This document shows positions 38,059-46,662 of a DNA stretch of 64,000 bases, one piece after another. The notes beneath the pieces were generated by a model that did no database searches, was not told the DNA's origin, and saw only the letters and a program-made list of their open reading frames with translations. Made by a program: the position numbers and the translations under genes. Every line of letters begins with the position of its first letter. Position 1 is the first letter of the stretch. This DNA comes from Candidatus Hydrogenedentota bacterium (GTDB lineage: Bacteria; Hydrogenedentota; Hydrogenedentia; Hydrogenedentales; JAEUWI01): the NCBI GenBank assembly GCA_034669905.1, contig JAXMOL010000015.1, positions 64,001-128,000 of the forward strand, in the 5' to 3' direction.

Positions 38059-41000
38059 CTACTCGGCGGCGCCTTCGGAAACCGGCTCTGCAGGGACCCG
38101 TTTAAAGATCCCGAGGAACTTCAGGCACCAGATCTGGAAGTCATCGATCAGGCTGTAAAACACCGGCACGATAATCAGGGTCAACAGGGTGCCCGCCGAC
38201 AAGCCCCCGATGAGCGCCCGGCCGAGTCCGGCGAAGGTAGCGGCGCTGCCCGTGTTGACGAGCGCCAGGGGCACGAGACCGAGAATGGTGGTGAGGGCGG
38301 TCATCATAACCGGGCGAAAGCGATCCCCCCCGGCCTTGACCATGCTGTCGAGGCGGCTCATATCCCCTCTACGGACCATGTTGATGTGGTCGACGATGAC
38401 GATACCGTTGTTCACGATAACGCCCGCCATGAGGATGCAGCCGATCAAGGTCACACTGTCGAACTGAGACCCCGTAAGGAAGAGCATCCACACCGCACCC
38501 CCCAGGGCCATGGGCACCGTCGTCAGGATAGACATGGGAAAAAAGACCGACTCAAAGAGGGCACTCATCACGAGGTAAATAAGGATGAGGGCCATGAGGA
38601 GGGTGCTGATGAAATTGGTGGAGTTCTCGCCGAGCTCTTTGAGTGAGTCGCCGAAGTCGATGGTATACCCCATGGGCATGCGGAAATCGGTAATCGCCAC
38701 GGCCAGTTGATTGCGGATGGCGGCGTAGTCCTCCGTGTTGGCCTGGGCCGTCACGCTGATGACGTTCTTTCCGTTGAAACGGTGAATCGTCGTGGCAGTC
38801 TGACGTTTGGTGAAGGTCGCCAGGCGGCTGATGGGGACGGGCTGTCCGGTGGTGCCGATGACGGAAACTTTTTCCAGATTCTCACGGGACTTTCGATCTT
38901 CTTCCCGGAACTGGGCCCACACCGGGATCTCGCGAAGGCCCTGTTTCATATAGGGCAATCGGGCGCCCCGCATGGCGGCATTGGCCGTCAAGGCGATGGT
39001 CTGGGCGCTGATGCCGTATTGCTCGGCCAGGGGCTCGTCGATACGAATCTGAATTTCGTTCTTGGCCCGCTCGGCATCGGTGTCCACGTCACTGATAAGG
39101 GGCAGTCGATTGAGCCGTTCCTGGAAAGTCTCGGCATAGCGCTCCAAGGTCTCGCGATCGTCCCCCGACATATACATGGTGACCGTACCCCCGGTGCCCG
39201 AAGAGCCCGTGTCGGTCACGTTGTAGAGCACCTCTGCTCCCGGGAGCCGCTTGCCCAGCACCGTCGACAGAATCTGCTTCACTTCGTCGGTGGTGTAGGG
39301 CGGATTCTCGCCAATGGGGCCATCATCCTCCGTGTAGAGATACACGTTGAAGCTACCGCCCTGGTAGGAATAGAAGGTCATGACATTCTTAATGCCTAAT
39401 TCGTCCCGACGGTTATCGATTTGCCTGGCCAACTGGTCAAACAGATGGTTGGCACGGGCCATATCGTAACTCTGGTCGAGCTGCACCTCGATGGCGATTT
39501 CCCGGGTGTCCAGCTTGGGCATATCGCGCATCCCCACCCGCTGAAAGGGGAAGGCGATCGTCACCCCCGCCAGCGCAGCGAGGACCAACAGGGTGGCCAG
39601 CCGATTCTGCAGGGACCAGCGCAGGGCGAGGGCATAGCCCCGAATGATCCGCTCGACGAGGTGGAGCCGGGAGAGCAGGCCGAGAATGCCAGAAGGCCCT
39701 TCCTCTCCCCCTTTCCCCGTACCCAGGCGATGAAACAGATTGGCGTGATCATCCAAACGCAGGCGGCTCATCACCAGCGGCACGACGGTCAACGAAATGG
39801 CCAGGCTACCCGCCAGGGCCACAATAAGCGGAAGACCCAGTTGGCGCATGAACACGGACATGCTGCCCGTTTCCATGTAGTACATGGGCACAAAGACCAC
39901 CCAGGTCGTCGTGGTGGCGGCCAGGATGGCGAGGCCCACTTCACGGGCACCTCGAATGGAACCTTCCCGCCGACTCGCCCCCAACTGGCGATGGCGCATG
40001 ATATTTTCGACCACCACGATGGCGTTGTCCACGAGCATACCCACCACGATAATCATGGAGACCATGGTAATCATGTTGAGGGACATGTCGGTGAAAAACA
40101 TGAACACGAGGGCCACGACCAGTGAGGTGGGAATAGTCAGGGCCACAACAATCGTGGGCAAAAGACGATGGAGGAATACGAAGAGCACCAGCAGGGCCAT
40201 GGCACCGCCGTAAAGCCCTTCTTTCATCAGGTTTTCCAGGGCGCTCGTGATGTATTCCGACTGGTCGAAGAAGATCTTCTGACCGGTTCCTTCAAAGTCT
40301 TCCGAAGCCAGGATGCGCTCCATTTCCTCGCGGACCCGGCGACAGGTGTGGACCGTGTTGGCCTCGGACTCTTTGGTAATCAATACGAGTGCTCCCCCCT
40401 TGCCATCGAGGGAAACGTGCATGGACTCATCGCGGGTGGCATAGCGGATCGTGGCCACATCACGGAGCCGTTTTCCGCCGGGCGTCACCACGAGATCACC
40501 AAGCTGGCTCAGGCGGTCATACTCTCCCACCACCCGAACAATGTGCTTGGCCTGACCTTCTTTCAGCTCACCCACCGAGGTGTTCAGGCTACTGTCGCGC
40601 AGGGTCACGATAATGTCGAAGAGCCCCAGTCCCAGATTGCGCAGGTGGTCCTGTTCAAATTCAATAACTACTTCCCGCTCCGGACTGGAAGAGCGCAATT
40701 CAATATCCGCCACCCCGTCAATACGACGCAGCCGGGGCTCCATATTGCGCCGGAGCAAGTCAACAAAGGAGTCGTCGTCTCCTTCGCGGAAGAGCCCAAA
40801 GGCCATGACCGGGATGGAGCGGGTGCTGAAGCGCTGGAGATACATTTGGTCGATATCGTCCGGCAATACCAGCTTGAGTCGCTCCATGCGATCCCGGATC
40901 TCTGCCGAAGCGATGCCCATGTCGGTATCCTGGGCAAAGAGCATACTGACAAAGAGACCGTCCGTATTGGAGATAGTGCGGATATCTTCCAACCCGGGCA

Positions 41001-41226
41001 CGGTGCGAAACTCCCCTTCCACGGGGATGGCAATCTGCTGCTCCACCTGGGCAGGGGTCGCCCCGGGGTAAGGAATGGATACCCCGAGGAAAGCCGGCTC
41101 CACGCTGGGCAAAAACTCCAGGGGAATGCGGTACCCGGCAATCACGCCGAGGAGCACCACGCTCAGGCTGAGCATGGTGACCGTCACGGGACGTCGAAGG
41201 GCAAACTCGGGGAGGGAGTACTTCAC
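38059..41226 (-). CDS. RND efflux permease (AcrB/AcrD/AcrF family), subunit 2
   Basis: ALRRPVT, PGATPAQVEQQI, GMLVDNAIVVVENI, GVIVNNGIVIVD and RFRPVMMTALTTILG. Confidence 0.95.
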   Translation of the reverse strand: MKYSLPEFALRRPVTVTMLSLSVVLLGVIAGYRIPLEFLPSVEPAFLGVSIPYPGATPAQVEQQIAIPVEGEFRTVPGLEDIRTISNTDGLFVSMLFAQDTDMGIASAEIRDRMERLKLVLPDDIDQMYLQRFSTRSIPVMAFGLFREGDDDSFVDLLRRNMEPRLRRIDGVADIELRSSSPEREVVIEFEQDHLRNLGLGLFDIIVTLRDSSLNTSVGELKEGQAKHIVRVVGEYDRLSQLGDLVVTPGGKRLRDVATIRYATRDESMHVSLDGKGGALVLITKESEANTVHTCRRVREEMERILASEDFEGTGQKIFFDQSEYITSALENLMKEGLYGGAMALLVLFVFLHRLLPTIVVALTIPTSLVVALVFMFFTDMSLNMITMVSMIIVVGMLVDNAIVVVENIMRHRQLGASRREGSIRGAREVGLAILAATTTTWVVFVPMYYMETGSMSVFMRQLGLPLIVALAGSLAISLTVVPLVMSRLRLDDHANLFHRLGTGKGGEEGPSGILGLLSRLHLVERIIRGYALALRWSLQNRLATLLVLAALAGVTIAFPFQRVGMRDMPKLDTREIAIEVQLDQSYDMARANHLFDQLARQIDNRRDELGIKNVMTFYSYQGGSFNVYLYTEDDGPIGENPPYTTDEVKQILSTVLGKRLPGAEVLYNVTDTGSSGTGGTVTMYMSGDDRETLERYAETFQERLNRLPLISDVDTDAERAKNEIQIRIDEPLAEQYGISAQTIALTANAAMRGARLPYMKQGLREIPVWAQFREEDRKSRENLEKVSVIGTTGQPVPISRLATFTKRQTATTIHRFNGKNVISVTAQANTEDYAAIRNQLAVAITDFRMPMGYTIDFGDSLKELGENSTNFISTLLMALILIYLVMSALFESVFFPMSILTTVPMALGGAVWMLFLTGSQFDSVTLIGCILMAGVIVNNGIVIVDHINMVRRGDMSRLDSMVKAGGDRFRPVMMTALTTILGLVPLALVNTGSAATFAGLGRALIGGLSAGTLLTLIIVPVFYSLIDDFQIWCLKFLGIFKRVPAEPVSEGAAE

Positions 41227-44200
41227 GTTGTTTCGGTCTCCGCGACCACATCGGGCTTATCTCGTCCGCCGAAGATATAGTAGATGACGGGGATAATAAT
41301 CAGGGTCAGGATGGTCGCCGAAGTCAGGCCCGCCATGACGGTCACCGCCATGGGGCGGCGCATCTCGGCCCCTTCGCCCGACGCGACGATCATGGGCAGC
41401 AGGCCCAGCACCGTGGTCACGGTGGTCATGAGAATGGGGCGCAGGCGGACGGTGCCGGCCTCTACGATGGACTCCATCTTGGTGAGTCCCCGACGCCGCA
41501 ACTGGTTAATGTAATCGACCAGCACGATGGCATCATTTACGACAATACCTGCGAGTACGATCCCCCCCAGGAAGACCATGATACTGAGATCGATGGACAT
41601 CCAATCCAGGGCATAGACCACACCAATAAAGGCCAGGGGCACACTCGCCATGACCAGGGCCGGATGCCAGATGGATTCGAACTGGCAGGCCATCACCACG
41701 TATACGAGGAAGATAGCCAGCAAGAGGGCGAAGTAGAGGCTGGCGTAGGAGGTCTCCAGTTCCCGGTTCTGCCCACCCAGCTCAAAGTAGTAGCCCTGGG
41801 GCCGATTGAGGGTACGGACCGAATCCAGAATATCGCGCGATACGGCCGCCAGATCGCGGTTGTCGATATTGGCGGAAATGACCACTACGCGACGTTGGTC
41901 CACCCGGCGAATTTCGCTGGGGCCTTCCTGCAATTGAATATGGGCCACCGACTCCAGGGGAACGACCCCGGCGGTCGTGCCGAGGTTCAATTGTTCGAGC
42001 TTGCGATAACTGTCGAGAAAATTCTGCTCTGCCCGCACGCGAATATCGATTTTTTCACCCGACACACTGAACTTGGTGGGTACGTCACCTTGCAATTCGG
42101 AGCGAATTTTGGCGGCGACCTGGGTAACGGAAATACCCCGGGCAGCGAGCAGGGCCCGGTCGGGATGAATGATGATTTCCGGATAGCCGGGCTTCACGCT
42201 CAACTCTGCGTCGGTTACCCCTGGCACTTTGCTGACCCGTTCCAGCGCCGCCTCACCCAGATCGCGCAAGGGCGCCAGCTCTTCGCCGATGATCTGAAGT
42301 TCGATGGCGGTCTTAAAGCTGAAGAGGGAGGGAAGCTGAAAGGTAATCTCTTCCGTTGGGGCCGGCGTAATCATGGCACGGATATCTTCGATAATGTCGT
42401 CCTGAAACAGGGCCTTCCGCTCTGGATCAACCAACATCACCGAGAAAAGGGCCACGTTCTCGCCCCGCTGGGTAGCACCCCGGGTGCTTTCCTGTCCGAC
42501 TTCGACGGTCACGCGATCGATATCCGGGTGACGGCGCAGGATGGCTTCCACCTCTCGGGCCCGTTGCTCGGTTTGCTCAATGCGGGTGCCAGCGCGGGTT
42601 TCCAGCTGAACGGAAAACTCCCCCTGCTTCATGGGCGGAATCAACTCGCTACCGAGGTCGCGCAGGGTGTAAAAGGCATGTCCTGCCAACAGAAGCGTCA
42701 GTAAGAGGATTACCGGACTGAAGCGGAGGGCATGGAGCAGGGTCGCACCGTAGGCGGCGCGCAGGGCGTTGAAGGCCAGGTCAAAAAAGCGCAGGGGCAA
42801 CCAGAGGATGACCCGCATCACGCTTCGGATCGCGACATAGATACTCAGGCAGACCAGGCAAACGGCGAAGAGCATGGACACGGCCAACGCGGCGAGCATA
42901 CCCAGGGCCAATTGGCATATCAGGAGGGCCGTCAGCAAGACCAGCAGCAAGGGGAAAAAGAGCACCGCCATGCCGCGACGCCCCCAGCCCCATGTACTCC
43001 AGTGGGTGCGAATGGCCACGAGCGGTGCGAAGGCCTCCGCCACGGTATCGCGGAAGTAGGTCACCAGATAGGACATACCCCGAGGCAATACACCCATGAT
43101 TGCCGCAACGCGTCCCCGGCTGTCACGATCCCGCAATTCGCGGTACGCCCGAAAGGCCCAGAAGGCATCGGAGCCCTGCTGGGCTTTCACCCCCTGCCGG
43201 GAGACCACCAGGGGAATGAGGTAGAGGGCCGTGAGCAAGGACGCCAGGAGCGAAAAGGTCACCGTGAGCGCCAGGTCGCCAAAGAGCTGCCCGGCGATGC
43301 CCTCCACAAAGGTAATGGGCATGAAGACGCAGATGGTCGTCAGGGTGGAGGCCGTTACGGCACTCGCCACCTCCCGGGTGCCCCGCTCGGCCGCATCCAC
43401 GGGGCTGTCGCCTTCTTCGCGACAACGAAAAATACTTTCGAGCACGACGATGGAGTTGTCCACCAACATACCCACCCCAAGGGCCAGGCCACCGAGCGAC
43501 ATGATATTGAGGGAGATGTCGCGCATAAACAGGGGTACGAAAGTGGCCACCACCGAAATGGGGATGGCAAAACCGATAATCATGGTGCTCTTCAACTCGC
43601 GGAGAAATACGAAGAGCACCATCAGGGCCAAGACGCCGCCGATAATGGTCGCGTCTTTCACTTCTTCAATAGAGCCCTGGATAAAGCGGGACTGATCGCT
43701 AATCAGGGTCAGTTCGATATCGTCGGGAAGCTCATCAAGCAGGCTGTAGCGATCCAGTTCCTGCCGTATCGGCTTTCCGGATTCGAGTTGCTTCTTCCGC
43801 AACTCCTCTTGCACGTTGGCAACGAGTTGCTCCATGAAACTGAGCTTTCGCTCGAAGCCCAACAGATCCTTTACCTGGTTACAGACTTCAACCGTGTTGG
43901 CATCACCCTCTTTGAAAATCTCGAGCCCGACGGCCTCTCGTCCATTGATGCGGACGACTGTTTCCCGCTCTTTGGTCCCCATGAAGACTTCGGCGATGTC
44001 GGCAAGCCGCACGGGCTGCCCATTGGCGGAGGTAATGATGGCATCGTGAATCTCTTCGACGCTGCGGTACTCGTTATAGGTACGAACGAGATATTCTGAG
44101 CGGCCTTCTTTGAGTTGTCCGCTGGACTGGCTGATATTCTGCTGGGCCAGGCTGTTGCCCACCATTTCCATGGTAAGGCCGAGGGCCTTCACCCGCTGGG

Positions 44201-44834
44201 GATCCACGAGGACCTGTACTTCGGCCTCCTGCCCGCCTTTTACCAGGACCTGCGCGATGCCGGCCTTGGCCTCGAGGTCGCTCTTCAGATGGCGCTCCGT
44301 CGCATCACGAATCAGGGTAAGCAGGGCCTCGTATTCTTCCTGACTCTGGGCATTGGCACTGCCTGCGCGCACTTCCGGCACCGTGATGGCCACCTGCATC
44401 ACCGGATCCAGGGTGGGGTCGAAGCGGAGAATGACGGGTTTTTCGGTCACTTCCTGGGGCGCCGCAAAGAGGTCCAGACGATCCCGGACGTCCTGCTGGG
44501 CCATGTTCATGTCGGTGTCCCAGGTGAACTCCATGATAATTTCAGAGAGCCCGGCGGAGGACACACTGCTGATTTCCACCAGCCCGCTGACGATACTGAG
44601 CATTTCCTCGAGCGGGCGGGTGACCAGGTTCTCCACGACCTCGGGAGCCGCCCCTTCATACTCGGTCCGCACGGTCAGCGTGGGATAGTCGATATCCGGC
44701 ATGAGGTTGATGGGCAACTGCTGGTAGGAACGCACGCCAAAGACGATGAGCGTGAGGAAAATCATGGCCGTGGTGACGGGCCGCCGAATCGCCAGGCGAT
44801 ACTTGGAAGTCGAGGACTGTGGTTCTTCGGTCAT
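41223..44834 (-). CDS. RND efflux permease (AcrB family), subunit 1
   Basis: AIRRPVT, GAAPEVVENLVTRPLE, GMLVDNSIVVLESI, GIVVNDAIVLVD and RLRPILMTTVTTVLG; 4-nt overlap with subunit 2; start approximate. Confidence 0.95.
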   Translation of the reverse strand: MTEEPQSSTSKYRLAIRRPVTTAMIFLTLIVFGVRSYQQLPINLMPDIDYPTLTVRTEYEGAAPEVVENLVTRPLEEMLSIVSGLVEISSVSSAGLSEIIMEFTWDTDMNMAQQDVRDRLDLFAAPQEVTEKPVILRFDPTLDPVMQVAITVPEVRAGSANAQSQEEYEALLTLIRDATERHLKSDLEAKAGIAQVLVKGGQEAEVQVLVDPQRVKALGLTMEMVGNSLAQQNISQSSGQLKEGRSEYLVRTYNEYRSVEEIHDAIITSANGQPVRLADIAEVFMGTKERETVVRINGREAVGLEIFKEGDANTVEVCNQVKDLLGFERKLSFMEQLVANVQEELRKKQLESGKPIRQELDRYSLLDELPDDIELTLISDQSRFIQGSIEEVKDATIIGGVLALMVLFVFLRELKSTMIIGFAIPISVVATFVPLFMRDISLNIMSLGGLALGVGMLVDNSIVVLESIFRCREEGDSPVDAAERGTREVASAVTASTLTTICVFMPITFVEGIAGQLFGDLALTVTFSLLASLLTALYLIPLVVSRQGVKAQQGSDAFWAFRAYRELRDRDSRGRVAAIMGVLPRGMSYLVTYFRDTVAEAFAPLVAIRTHWSTWGWGRRGMAVLFFPLLLVLLTALLICQLALGMLAALAVSMLFAVCLVCLSIYVAIRSVMRVILWLPLRFFDLAFNALRAAYGATLLHALRFSPVILLLTLLLAGHAFYTLRDLGSELIPPMKQGEFSVQLETRAGTRIEQTEQRAREVEAILRRHPDIDRVTVEVGQESTRGATQRGENVALFSVMLVDPERKALFQDDIIEDIRAMITPAPTEEITFQLPSLFSFKTAIELQIIGEELAPLRDLGEAALERVSKVPGVTDAELSVKPGYPEIIIHPDRALLAARGISVTQVAAKIRSELQGDVPTKFSVSGEKIDIRVRAEQNFLDSYRKLEQLNLGTTAGVVPLESVAHIQLQEGPSEIRRVDQRRVVVISANIDNRDLAAVSRDILDSVRTLNRPQGYYFELGGQNRELETSYASLYFALLLAIFLVYVVMACQFESIWHPALVMASVPLAFIGVVYALDWMSIDLSIMVFLGGIVLAGIVVNDAIVLVDYINQLRRRGLTKMESIVEAGTVRLRPILMTTVTTVLGLLPMIVASGEGAEMRRPMAVTVMAGLTSATILTLIIIPVIYYIFGGRDKPDVVAETETT

Positions 44835-44954
44835 GGGGGTCCTGTACGATTCGAGAGAGTCCGGGAGACATGACACCGCGGTCTGGTACGCCCCGAGAAA
44901 TCAGGCGGACACGGCAGTCAGGTTAGAGTAAGCAGGTTGCAATCGGAATGCCCG

Positions 44955-46217
44955 TCAGGGGCCACGCCGCCGGGGTTTCTGGCCGGCGCCCTCCGATTCC
45001 GATTCAGCGCGTTTCTTTGCCGTTTCCAGGGCCTCATCGGCCCCCAGCGATTCCTTGGATGCGAGCGACTCTTCAATGGAACTGATTTCCACGGCATCGC
45101 CATCATTGACGGTCTGCTGGCCCAGGGTAATCACCCGATCATCGGGGGCCACGCCCGAAAGGATTTCCGTATAATCACTGTCCGACAAGCCCACCTCCAC
45201 TTCAACCCGTGTGGCAATCCAACGGTCATCCGCCCCTTCCGGCATCTCGCTGGCCGGCGCCGCGGCCTCGCCCCCTTCTGCCTCATCCGAGGGCGTCTCA
45301 GCAGACGCGGGCTTCACGAGCATGACGTAACGCCGGGTATTGTCTTCGATGATGGCGTCTTTGGGAACGGCCAGGGTGTCTTCGCGCGTGTCCATCACCA
45401 GCCGATACCGGGCAAAGGCGGCTTCGCGCAGGTACTTGTGATCCTTCGCATCAAAATCGAGGATGACCTTGATGGCACTGCTCTGCAGATCGACGCCCGG
45501 ATTGATCCGGCGTACGGTGGCCTTGAATTCACGGTCCCCGGCCGAATCAATACTGACAAAGGCCTCCTGCCCAACCCGCAGGCGCGGCAGATAGCGTTCG
45601 TTCACATTAATAGGTAAAACGTAGGAGGCGGGATCCACAATAGTAAACGCGGGAGTTCCGGAACTCACCAACATGCCCTGCTGCAAACTGCGCTGGGTAA
45701 CGACCCCATTGATGGGGGCCCGAATGGTCAGGTGGGTCAGCTGTACTTCCTGCACATCGAGGGAAGCCTTGGCCTGCTCGTAGCTGAACTTGGCGTTATC
45801 CCGCTCGGCCGGGCTTACGATACCCTCGCGAAGCCCACCCTCGGCCCGTTCATAGGCAATCTTCTGCTGGGCCACGTTGACCCGGGATTGGCGCACCTGG
45901 GCCTCCATCTCGGCCCGGTCCAACTCGGCGAGCACCTGGCCTTTCTTGACCCGGTCGCCTTCTTCCACCTTGATGGTAAGACAGTGGCCCGTGCCCTTGG
46001 CCACAACTTCGACCTGATCTTCTGCCGTGATGCGCCCCGTTTCCGACAAGTACTCGGAGATATCCCGGCGCGTCGGCTGCTCGGCTTCCACCAGGGCCAC
46101 GGCACGGACGGGCGCCTCAGCGATCTTCGCATCCACTTTGCCGTCACTGTCTTTATTGCAGCCCGTTGCCACAACAAGCACCCCGAAAAGTGCTAAAGCT
46201 CGATAAATGCTACGCAT
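44955..46217 (-). CDS. RND periplasmic adaptor (membrane fusion lipoprotein)
   Basis: Lipobox ATGC, VEEGDRVKKGQVLAELD, IRAPINGVV and EVEVGL...EILSGVAPDDRVITLG. Confidence 0.93.
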   Translation of the reverse strand: MRSIYRALALFGVLVVATGCNKDSDGKVDAKIAEAPVRAVALVEAEQPTRRDISEYLSETGRITAEDQVEVVAKGTGHCLTIKVEEGDRVKKGQVLAELDRAEMEAQVRQSRVNVAQQKIAYERAEGGLREGIVSPAERDNAKFSYEQAKASLDVQEVQLTHLTIRAPINGVVTQRSLQQGMLVSSGTPAFTIVDPASYVLPINVNERYLPRLRVGQEAFVSIDSAGDREFKATVRRINPGVDLQSSAIKVILDFDAKDHKYLREAAFARYRLVMDTREDTLAVPKDAIIEDNTRRYVMLVKPASAETPSDEAEGGEAAAPASEMPEGADDRWIATRVEVEVGLSDSDYTEILSGVAPDDRVITLGQQTVNDGDAVEISSIEESLASKESLGADEALETAKKRAESESEGAGQKPRRRGP

Positions 46218-46242
46218 GCGCGATCATATTCCTTTCGAAAAT

Positions 46243-46447
46243 CGACCCAAGACCTGTATGATATGAGGAGGTCCGATGGGGTGGTCGTGGGTGGCCATTG
46301 GACTCATGGTTTTGGAAGGAGGTTGCACACGGCACACGCCCTACCCTACTCTAGGGGTGTGAGACTGTTACACGACCACCAGCCTCACCTCCACGTATAT
46401 AGTGGAAGGGCTGTTACACCCTGGGCCGTGCATTGCTTCTCGTGTCT
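46243..46447 (-). ncRNA. Candidate structured RNA / long 5' leader of the RND operon (unassigned family)
   Basis: Lies downstream of an extended -10 TGGTATAAT (46453-61, minus strand). Long-range pairings CGGCCCAGGG/TCTTGGGTCG, GGAGGT/ACCTCC and GGTGGTCGTG/CACGACCACC; the G-U pairs favour the minus strand. Confidence 0.45.
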
Positions 46448-46555
46448 GGTTAATTATACCAGCAATACGCGTGAAGTGTGCAATCAGTCCACGGCTTTTC
46501 TTATGATAGGAATGGGAGAGGTGGGCTTTCGCAAGGAGGCCCTCCGAATATATTG

Positions 46556-46584
46556 TTGACACGGAACTGCTAAAATGGCATGAT
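46556..46584 (+). promoter_or_regulatory. sigma70 promoter of the PKD lipoprotein gene
   Basis: TTGACA-N17-CATGAT with a TG extension. Confidence 0.6.
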
Positions 46585-46662
46585 GCCAGCATGAATTTTG
46601 ATACCTGTCTGGGCCAGTGGGGCCCGATCGCGCTTTTTCGGCGGAAGCAAGGAGTCTTTTGC

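Noticed and set aside
46576..46591. GG-N10-GC motif (TGGCATGATGCCAGCA) upstream of the PKD gene
   Set aside because: It lacks TTGC and overlaps a better TTGACA-N17-CATGAT sigma70 promoter.
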